A stretch of DNA of 20,000 nucleotides. Origin: an uncultured virus (IMG/VR IMGVR_UViG_3300046517_000572). Its lineage: Duplodnaviria > Heunggongvirae > Uroviricota > Caudoviricetes. The stretch is taken from IMG/VR virus record IMGVR_UViG_3300046517_000572. One strand, written 5' to 3'. Below, in pieces: positions 1-7,110 of the stretch; position 1 is the first letter of the stretch; every line of letters starts with the position of its first letter. The translations under genes and the position numbers were made by a program. The notes beneath the pieces are model-generated. The model was not told the DNA's origin, did not search any database, and worked only from the letters and a program-made list of their open reading frames with translations.

Positions 1-499
1 GCAGATCGAACTGTTGCTGCAATTCCTTCTGCACCGTGTTGAGGTCATTGCCCTTCTGCACGCCGCGCATCACGATGCCCTCGACGCGCTGGAGATGCTG
101 CGACGCGATCGACTTGATCAGCCCGACGTTCTCGGTCACCGCGCTGTTCATCACCGCCTGTATCTCGGGCGAGACCTTGAACTGCACGGTCCAGCCCGCC
201 TGATCGAGTAGCTGCTCGATCCGCTGCGTCGAGTGCGCCGCCGACCGGGCGCCCCACTGGCCCGCGACATCGGGGGCGATCTCATCGAAATTCGACTGCC
301 AGCGGTTGCCGAGTTCTTTCATCGTATCGATGATACGATTAGCCGCGCGGGGGTCTTCGCGCCAGCGAGCCGACAGCCAGTAGTCCAGCGAATTGTTCAT
401 CCGGTCGATCGCGCGCCAGAGCCGCGAGCGGTAGACCGCGACCACGCCCGCATTGGGATGCACAGGCGGCAGCACGTTAGGTCTGGGCGGCTGCGCCAT
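1..499 (-). CDS. Phage minor head / head morphogenesis protein (MuF / SPP1 gp7-like); 3' end runs off the window
   Basis: Absent from the ORF track (no stop in window). Manual translation from ATG at 499: MAQPPRPNVLPPVHPNAGVVAVYRSRLWRAIDRMNNSLDYWL...AGWTVQFKVSPEIQAVMNSAVTENVGLIKSIASQHLQRVEGIVMRGVQKGNDL. GAGG RBS upstream. The ENVxLIKSI...VEGxVMR segment and the position downstream of the portal are typical of this family. Confidence 0.8.
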   Translation of the reverse strand, partial: MAQPPRPNVLPPVHPNAGVVAVYRSRLWRAIDRMNNSLDYWLSARWREDPRAANRIIDTMKELGNRWQSNFDEIAPDVAGQWGARSAAHSTQRIEQLLDQAGWTVQFKVSPEIQAVMNSAVTENVGLIKSIASQHLQRVEGIVMRGVQKGNDLNTVQKELQQQFDL

Positions 500-523
500 C
501 GGTCAGGCCCTCGTGGTCGGGGT

Positions 524-1114
524 TTACGCCTTGCGCGACCGCGCACCGCCAGCAAGGAAGTCTCTTGTGCTGGTGCTGCCCGACAAATGACTTTCGAGTT
601 CAGCCGCCGTATGTCCTTGCGCGCTAACGCTACCGTCCGTCACATGGGTCCAGACGTTATTGCCGAGATCGTGGCGCGGGTAAACGTGAATGCGGTCACT
701 CGTTCCCTTCTCCCGGCTTTTATACATCTTATGCACAAGGTGGTCTCTCACCGGATCGTCCGATCCTGCTGTGCCCAATTCGACATAGCCGTGCTTGGCG
801 ATCGGCGCCTGCATGGCGCGGTGGTAGTCCTGCATGTCCTTGGGCAGCGATGACAGGTGTTTCGCGTTGTGCGCGCCATCCTCGCCGCCCACGCCACCGC
901 CGCCGCTGGTCCACTCGCCAGAGGCGGCGCGTGGCTGATCGGCGTCCTGCGCCCCGGCTTCATCTTCAGAAAAATCTGGCAGTGAGTCGATATCCACGAT
1001 CTCGTCGGGGCTTTCGATCGGCTTGGTGCCGAGTGCTTCCGCCGTGAAATCGTGGATCACCTTGCCGCCGACTGAGGCGACCCCCATCAGGGGCTTTTCG
1101 GTGTTGTCCGACAT
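524..1114 (-). CDS. Hypothetical, probably virion-associated protein with acidic leader and the AQDA-DQPRAASGEWTSGGGG tag
   Basis: ATG at 1114 overlaps the portal stop (TGATG), with GAGG upstream. GC3-rich codons. Lies between portal and MuF and shares a peptide motif with the portal extension. Confidence 0.8.
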   Translation of the reverse strand: MSDNTEKPLMGVASVGGKVIHDFTAEALGTKPIESPDEIVDIDSLPDFSEDEAGAQDADQPRAASGEWTSGGGGVGGEDGAHNAKHLSSLPKDMQDYHRAMQAPIAKHGYVELGTAGSDDPVRDHLVHKMYKSREKGTSDRIHVYPRHDLGNNVWTHVTDGSVSAQGHTAAELESHLSGSTSTRDFLAGGARSRKA

Positions 1115-1615
1115 CACTCGCCCTCTACATGCTTGCCCGAGATCATCCGGATCGTGGTCTGCGCCCCCGGCACGATCTCGTAGACCTCGAATTGCTGGCC
1201 GTGCATCAGTAGTAGTTCATTCTCGTTCAGACCGGAAACCGTGTCGGCCCCCAGCGCGCGGGTGCCCTTGCGACAGGTCATCTCCAGGATCACCGGCTTG
1301 CCGCTGAACGCGGCCTTGTCAGCCATGCTCGTGGAGACAAATCCCTCGGTGTTGTAATAGCACGGCAGCCCGGCCTTGAGACCAGCCAGCCAGCCGGGGA
1401 TCAGCTTGCCGATCGTGGTCGATCCCACACCGCGCCGCAGCACCACGTCCTCGGTCAGCTTGGTTTCCTCTCGCTTGTAGAGTGAATGAACCGCCTTGAC
1501 CGGGGCGACCGCGTGCGAGGTATCGGCATCGATCTGACCGCGCAGCACGCCGTTCATCGAACCCGAGCCGCTGCCGCAGTAGGACTCGGTGGCTGACTTG
1601 GCTTTATGATCCACG
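1114..1615 (-). other. Domain: VIP2/C2-like (R-S-E clade) mono-ADP-ribosyltransferase
   Basis: Y..S..MNGVLRG helix, VLRRG (Arg at 1432-1434), FVSTS (STS at 1327-1335), ENELLL (E-x-E at 1216-1224). Confidence 0.88.
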
Positions 1616-4600
1616 CTGTCCCAGAACTTCTGCTCCAGTGACGGCGCGATCTTGCGCGCCTTCGCGGATTTGGTGCTGGATAGCTGGGTGGCGCCATTAT
1701 AGGTTTTATTCGCCCAGGCGAGAACCTCCGCGTCAGCGTGCTTGGTGCTGTTGGGCTTCGATGGTGACGGCGGCGCCTTGGGTGCCGCTGGTGCCGCTTT
1801 CGGCGCGGCTGGCGTCGGCACGCTAGGTGTCGCGGCATCGGCAAACCCGACACCGGGGATCGGTTCGCCGCCCAGCGACTTGATCCAGCTATTGGCGAAC
1901 TTGGCACTGTAGCCGTCTGGATAGTTCACCACGGTCGGATAGGTCTTGAGTTGCTCGACCTTCTCCTCGTTGGTGCCTGTGCCTGACGCGATGTCGTAGA
2001 GGTTCTGCTGATGCTGCGACTTGGCGTTCGGCGCCGGTCCCTGCGGTGGCATCGGTGGCTTTGACCAGCTTGCGGCGACCTCGTTCTTCAGCTTGTTGAC
2101 CTGAATCTCGGCGTAGTCCTTATGCCCCGGCGGCGCAAACGTGTTTTCAATGATCGTGTAATTGATGGCGTCGATCTTCTGCTGCGCCGTCAGCCCAGGA
2201 TCGGCCACGATGTCATCGACCTTGCCTTTCATGCCGATATTCTTGGGCGTTGGCGGGGTGGCGCCGTTCTCTTGCGCGACCTTGGCCATGATCACGGCCT
2301 TGGCGTAGCCGTGTTCGGCGCTGCCTTCCTTGATCACCCCGCTGGCGAGGCCCTTGTTCATGTAATCCAACAGCCCGGTCGATTTGGTGAATCCCTTGTC
2401 TGCCATCGAGTGGATGTTCACGATGGTGCCGTTGCCTTTGAACATGGCGGGCAGCGGCGGAATGATCCCCTGTTCGATGCCCGCGATGGACTGCGCCGCC
2501 GTGCCCGGTTCCGCTGTCGGTGGCTCGCCCTTGATCGCCGCGATCAGCTTCTTGGCGTAGTCCCGCGTCGGCCCCGAACCGCCCTTGGCGTCGCTCTCAA
2601 GCTGCTTGATCTTGTTGTCGGTCTTCCAGTGACCGTGCGCGGCGACTTCCCACATCTCTTGCTGCACCGCCGTGCCGTCATGCGGTGGCAGGCTTTCGCC
2701 CATTTCCTGTTCAAGCTGGTTAAGCCCCGCCGTCGCCTCGCTGATGTCGTGACCCTGGAGTTCGGCAGCTTTCTTCAGGTCTTTCAGCGTATCGATCTTC
2801 TGCTGCAAATGCCCTGGCCCGGTCAGGATCGCATGCACCGCCGCGATCGGCACCTTGCCGCCTTGTGGCGTCGGTGGCGGCGCGGCTGGATTTAGCTGGA
2901 AGTTCTCCAGCGGATCAGCCGCCGCCATCTTCTCCATCTCGGCTTCGGACGGCGCGCCTTGCGAGGGTGGCCCCTCGACGCCGCCCTTCATCTTCACCGC
3001 CTTGCCCAGCGCGCCCTTCGGCATGCTGTGGTGATCGGCCAGATGGTCGATCAACTGGTTCATGAAGCCAGCGACGTTGCTGGATTTCATCTTGCCAGCT
3101 TCGGTCTTCATCAGCGTGGCGAGTTCGTGCGGATTATCATTGCCGGAAGCGATATGCTCCTCCAGCGCCTTTTTCATCTTGGCGCCAGCCGGTCCCGCAT
3201 ACTTGGTTAATTCCGGCACCGGCTTGGACGGTTTCGGAGCCGAGCCACCGCCGCCGCTCGCGCTGGTGGCGAACTTGCCGCCCTCGTCGCGTTTGACCGC
3301 TGACTCGTCCCACTCACCGATCATCGCATCGGCGGCGCCCGCGAAACTCTCGATCGCCTCGTCAGACGCGGGCAGCGCATCGGCGCGCTTCTTGATGTCG
3401 TTCTTGCGCGCGATCAGCTTGTCGGCCAGCGCATCTTTCTCGGCTGCCGTGCCAGGACCGTGGGTGTGAACCGCCGCCCTGATCGCGTGATCGGGAATCG
3501 AGGTCACCCGCTCCGCCGATTCCCGCAGCCGCCGGGGCGACATCTCGCCAAACACTTTGGCAGCAAGCGACTTCTGGCGCAGGGTATCCCACTCGGTCGC
3601 CTCGTTGCCGAACGCCTCGCCCTTGGGACCGCCTTGGGCGCGATAGAGCAACGCGCCGCCGGTATCGAGCGTGTGCATCTCGCCGTCGAGGCGGGCTTGG
3701 TTCCAGTCGTTCTCGTGCTGGCCCATACCGATCACGTCCCAGTTCGCCAGCCACGCATGGGTGGCGAAATTCTTCTGTGCGGCGCGCCGGTCCTCCTTGT
3801 TGTCGATGTCGATGTTCTGCTTGCCGTGGTGCCACTCCGACGCCGTGCCCAGCTTGCCGCCAACCGTGGCGGGCATAATCGGCAGCACGGGCGACCGCGC
3901 CATCTCGTAGAGCCGCGTGGCCAGCAACTCGTTCTTGGCGTGGCTCTCGCTCTTGCTCTCCTTGGCGTAGAACCGCCGCCCGCTGTCGGGGTCTTCGTAT
4001 TCGCCGCCGGGGTTCGATCCCAGCGCCCCGCCGACCTTTTTCATCTTGGAGAAATCGAGCGGGTGGTGTTCGTCGCCGCCCTCGATCGTATGCTGCGCGA
4101 TCAGCCGGTCGATCGGCTTGTTGAGGTGCTGGTGGAGTTCACCGGGCGGCACCAGCGCCACCGCCTCGCTCTCCCAGCCATGCTCAGACGGCGAGCCGCC
4201 GATCCGGCGGGCGTAATAGTAGCGCGCCTGCGAGGTGTCGCGCTGGGCGTCGCCAGCGAAGCCGGTCAGTTCGACCCGCAGCCCCGACTCCTCGAAAGCC
4301 TCCTTGATCGCGGTCGAGCGCAGGCTGTCGCCCTTATCGACGCCGCCCTTGGGGAAGCTGGCCTTGTAGCCGCCATAGGCGTTGCTGGGCCGGATGGTCC
4401 AGACCCGCCCGTCCGGTTCCTGCACGATGACGCCCGCCGCCTGCTTGCGCCCACCCTTGAGCGGCGGCACCTCGGGTTCCTCAAACTCCGGACCCTTGTC
4501 GGCCTCCGCCTGCCAGCCCTCGCTGGTCGTCGGGTGGTCGTCCCACGGCTTGAACGCCACGCCATGCAGGCTGCCGCTGGCGGGCTTCTTGGTGCTGAAA

Positions 4601-7104
4601 GTGACCGCACCGGCCGGAACGTCAGCATTGCTGGCGTTGGTTTCATGGGAAACACCCGGCAGGGAGGCTGACGTTCCGGCGCCTGTCTTGGGGGCCTTGG
4701 CGCCTTTGGCGCGCTGCGCCTGCTTGGCGGTCTTCGCGGTCGCGGCGCCACCGCCGGAACCGAACTGGCCATTATCGGCGCGCTTGATCTTGCTTTCGTC
4801 CCACTCGGGATCAGCGTCCTGTGCCTGCTTCGCCGGTCGGCGCAGCATCGATTCTGTGGTCGAGAAATCGCGCTTGCGGCCCTTGTTCGGGGTGAAGCCG
4901 AATTGCTTATAGAAATCGGTCAGCCGGGCCACGCTACTGGCGCCGAAATGTGTCGATGGCGTCAGCGCGATGGTCTTGCCGTTCGCGTCGGCATACGCCG
5001 TCAGGCTGTGCATTGCCTGGGTGCCGATGCCCTGACCGCGTGCCTCCTTGGGCAGCGCGATCTTGCTCAGTGTGATGGTGTCGCCGTGTTCGCTCAGATG
5101 ATGGCTGATGCCGTGCTGGTCCCAGTGCGCCTCGACATGCGCCAGCGTCGCCGGGGCAGCACCGCCGCCCGAACCGAACTTACCAGACGCATCGCGTGGC
5201 TCGTTGGGATTGAAAGCGTCGGCGCCAAGCTGGACATGGCCGCGATCGTGCGGCCCCAGGTGGACATGGATCGCCGCGTCGGGGTCTTGGGTCACCACTT
5301 TGGTGTGGCCCTCGCCCACTTTCAGGCCGTTTTCGTCTTCCTCGTCGCGCGAGCCTTTGTTGGGGTCTGGCGCTTTGGGCGATCCACCCGCCTCGCCCAT
5401 CTTGCCAGGACCACTGGTCACGGGCGCAGGCGAGCCGCCAGCGGGTTTCGACAGACCGGATGGGCCAGCGCCGCCGGGGGCGCCTGGAGGCCCACCGGGT
5501 CCGCCGGGAGGCCCTCCAGGGCCACCACCTCCGCCCATGCCGCCCAGTGGGTCGGGTTCCTGATTAGGCGGCGGAGGCGCAGGGGTGGAGAGGTCCAGCC
5601 CCTGATAGGGGCTGTCGGATTCGTCGGCAAGCTTCTGCCTGATCTCGTCGGGCGAGAGAACCCCCGCGTTGACATAGACCGCGTCGAGGTCGGCGTCCGA
5701 CTTGCGCGCGGCGGCCTCCTCCTGCTCCGACATCTCGCGCAGCGGTTCCCAGGCATGGGTGATCGCCGGATCGATCTCGCCAAACAGCGATAGCTGCATG
5801 ATGTTGAGGATCGTGGTCAGGTTGGCGTCAAAGAAATTACCCTGACTGGCGTGGATGAACTGCGCCCAGACCTGGAGTTCGCCCTCCGATGTCGCGTTCA
5901 GCCCAGATGGCGAAATTCCCAACAGCACGACAAGAGGAATGCCAACAGCAGAAGCCATATGCTCCTGCGACTGAGCCTGGAGATGATCGAGCGATCCCAG
6001 CGGCGCCGAGACATTCTTGAAATCCTCGGTGGTCTTATCCAACGCCATCAGGTTGGAATTGTCGCGGAAGTAATTGAACAGCGCGGCGCGCATTTTCATC
6101 TGCGTCGCGGCGCCCGCGTTCATCACGCTGCCCATGTTGGTCATCAGCACGGGCGTCGAGAAACTATGAATGAGATCGGAGACGCTCTGACGTGTGCGCA
6201 GCCAGTTGTCCACGTAGGGTTTCGCCATCTGCGACAGTGACAGCCCGCCGAACGAATAGGCGGGCTTCATCATGTCGGGCATCTCGCGGCCGATGAACGG
6301 CAACAGCCGGGTGCGATGCACCTCCTTGCCCATCACCCACCACGTCTGCGGCAGATAGAAATTCTCCTTCAGCGGATCGTTGGCGTTATACATATTCGGA
6401 TAACACCACATCGGCTCGACCACGCGGACGCCTTTAAGCCCGCCCTGCTTGATCATGCGCGGATCGGGCGGCAGCGGTAGTTTCATCTGCGCCCGATCGT
6501 CGCCGTCGCCCATGTCGAGGTAGAGATGCGAACGACCGAAGAACCCGTCCATCAACGCCAGGACGGTGAACTTCTCGCGCAGCTTGTGGTGCTTGATGCA
6601 GGCTTCCAGCGCGCTGATCTTGTCCGACTTGTCATCCTTGCCCTTGGCCTGGATGCGAAACCATCGGCGGGTCATATCCTTGGCGATGGTCTCGGAGATG
6701 CGGCGATACTCGGTGCGCTGCGACAGTTCCGCCAGATAGGGGAAACCGAGCCAGTGCATGCCCTCGGTCAGCAGCCCGTTGAAGCCGCCGTAATTGAACA
6801 TCGGGTTGTTGACATCGTCCATCGCCATCGGACGCACGTCTTGCGGCACCACGCCGGGCAATGGCTGTGCGGGCGTGAACAGGCGGCGGATATCGTCCGG
6901 TGTCGCGGTGCGCGTCGAGTAAAGCTGGAACGGCGTCGCGTTGTCCTCGCGCAGCGCGCCCATGTTGATCAGCGAATGATAGATCGCGGCGGGATCGAAC
7001 CCTTGGGGAGACGCTGACGGGGCCGGTGGCGCGGCTGGAGTCTGGGGCGCAGCGTCACGCGCCAACAGCCCCAGCAAACCCCACAGGTAATCGGCAATCG
7101 CCAT
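1114..7104 (-). CDS. Portal protein (DUF1073-type) fused to GNAT, Nudix, kinase-like, repeat and ADP-ribosyltransferase modules
   Basis: Single 1996-aa ORF directly after terL. Residues ~90-505 show portal-like motifs (GFPYLAELSQRTEYR, GKEVHRTRLL, KPAYSFGGLSLSQ, IPLVVLLGISPSGLNATSEGEL, GVLSPDEIRQKL), followed by a Pro/Gly linker and enzyme motifs. Confidence 0.9.
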   Translation of the reverse strand: MAIADYLWGLLGLLARDAAPQTPAAPPAPSASPQGFDPAAIYHSLINMGALREDNATPFQLYSTRTATPDDIRRLFTPAQPLPGVVPQDVRPMAMDDVNNPMFNYGGFNGLLTEGMHWLGFPYLAELSQRTEYRRISETIAKDMTRRWFRIQAKGKDDKSDKISALEACIKHHKLREKFTVLALMDGFFGRSHLYLDMGDGDDRAQMKLPLPPDPRMIKQGGLKGVRVVEPMWCYPNMYNANDPLKENFYLPQTWWVMGKEVHRTRLLPFIGREMPDMMKPAYSFGGLSLSQMAKPYVDNWLRTRQSVSDLIHSFSTPVLMTNMGSVMNAGAATQMKMRAALFNYFRDNSNLMALDKTTEDFKNVSAPLGSLDHLQAQSQEHMASAVGIPLVVLLGISPSGLNATSEGELQVWAQFIHASQGNFFDANLTTILNIMQLSLFGEIDPAITHAWEPLREMSEQEEAAARKSDADLDAVYVNAGVLSPDEIRQKLADESDSPYQGLDLSTPAPPPPNQEPDPLGGMGGGGGPGGPPGGPGGPPGAPGGAGPSGLSKPAGGSPAPVTSGPGKMGEAGGSPKAPDPNKGSRDEEDENGLKVGEGHTKVVTQDPDAAIHVHLGPHDRGHVQLGADAFNPNEPRDASGKFGSGGGAAPATLAHVEAHWDQHGISHHLSEHGDTITLSKIALPKEARGQGIGTQAMHSLTAYADANGKTIALTPSTHFGASSVARLTDFYKQFGFTPNKGRKRDFSTTESMLRRPAKQAQDADPEWDESKIKRADNGQFGSGGGAATAKTAKQAQRAKGAKAPKTGAGTSASLPGVSHETNASNADVPAGAVTFSTKKPASGSLHGVAFKPWDDHPTTSEGWQAEADKGPEFEEPEVPPLKGGRKQAAGVIVQEPDGRVWTIRPSNAYGGYKASFPKGGVDKGDSLRSTAIKEAFEESGLRVELTGFAGDAQRDTSQARYYYARRIGGSPSEHGWESEAVALVPPGELHQHLNKPIDRLIAQHTIEGGDEHHPLDFSKMKKVGGALGSNPGGEYEDPDSGRRFYAKESKSESHAKNELLATRLYEMARSPVLPIMPATVGGKLGTASEWHHGKQNIDIDNKEDRRAAQKNFATHAWLANWDVIGMGQHENDWNQARLDGEMHTLDTGGALLYRAQGGPKGEAFGNEATEWDTLRQKSLAAKVFGEMSPRRLRESAERVTSIPDHAIRAAVHTHGPGTAAEKDALADKLIARKNDIKKRADALPASDEAIESFAGAADAMIGEWDESAVKRDEGGKFATSASGGGGSAPKPSKPVPELTKYAGPAGAKMKKALEEHIASGNDNPHELATLMKTEAGKMKSSNVAGFMNQLIDHLADHHSMPKGALGKAVKMKGGVEGPPSQGAPSEAEMEKMAAADPLENFQLNPAAPPPTPQGGKVPIAAVHAILTGPGHLQQKIDTLKDLKKAAELQGHDISEATAGLNQLEQEMGESLPPHDGTAVQQEMWEVAAHGHWKTDNKIKQLESDAKGGSGPTRDYAKKLIAAIKGEPPTAEPGTAAQSIAGIEQGIIPPLPAMFKGNGTIVNIHSMADKGFTKSTGLLDYMNKGLASGVIKEGSAEHGYAKAVIMAKVAQENGATPPTPKNIGMKGKVDDIVADPGLTAQQKIDAINYTIIENTFAPPGHKDYAEIQVNKLKNEVAASWSKPPMPPQGPAPNAKSQHQQNLYDIASGTGTNEEKVEQLKTYPTVVNYPDGYSAKFANSWIKSLGGEPIPGVGFADAATPSVPTPAAPKAAPAAPKAPPSPSKPNSTKHADAEVLAWANKTYNGATQLSSTKSAKARKIAPSLEQKFWDSVDHKAKSATESYCGSGSGSMNGVLRGQIDADTSHAVAPVKAVHSLYKREETKLTEDVVLRRGVGSTTIGKLIPGWLAGLKAGLPCYYNTEGFVSTSMADKAAFSGKPVILEMTCRKGTRALGADTVSGLNENELLLMHGQQFEVYEIVPGAQTTIRMISGKHVEGE
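1860..2880 (-). repeat. About five degenerate ~55-70-aa protein repeats separated by Pro-rich spacers
   Basis: Recurring elements QQKIDTL / DNKIKQL / QQKIDAI / EEKVEQL and DYAKKLI / GYAKAVI / DYAEIQV / KFANSWI, each unit preceded by a PP-containing spacer. Confidence 0.55.
3385..4056 (-). other. Domain: PI3/PI4-kinase / HipA / CtkA-like atypical kinase
   Basis: Gly-rich loop GGALGSNPGG, FYAK (Lys), KNELLA (Glu), WLANWDVIG...N catalytic loop, LDTGG (DFG-equivalent). Confidence 0.75.
4090..4450 (-). other. Domain: Nudix hydrolase
   Basis: AAGVIV strand, FPKG, and Nudix box GGVDKGDSLRSTAIKEAFEESGL (4279-4347), matching G-x5-[ED]-x7-[RK]E-x-x-EE-x-G-L. Confidence 0.9.
4830..5155 (-). other. Domain: GNAT acetyltransferase
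   Basis: Motif A LSKIALPKEARGQGIGTQAM (RGQGIG at ~5023-5040) and motif B RLTDFYKQFGF. Confidence 0.88.
5340..5590 (-). repeat. Low-complexity Pro/Gly linker between portal core and extension
   Basis: PAPPPPNQEPDPLGGMGGGGGPGGPPGGPGGPPGAPGGAGP... Confidence 0.8.
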
Positions 7105-7110
7105 GCAGCC

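Noticed and set aside
5460..5545. Collagen-like repeat
   Set aside because: The Gly-X-Y register is not maintained; better explained as a flexible Pro/Gly linker.
5590..7104. Possible 'anti-CBASS Acb1' label sometimes attached to DUF1073-like portals
   Set aside because: I see no paired HxT/HxS 2H-phosphoesterase domain; position and motifs indicate a portal.
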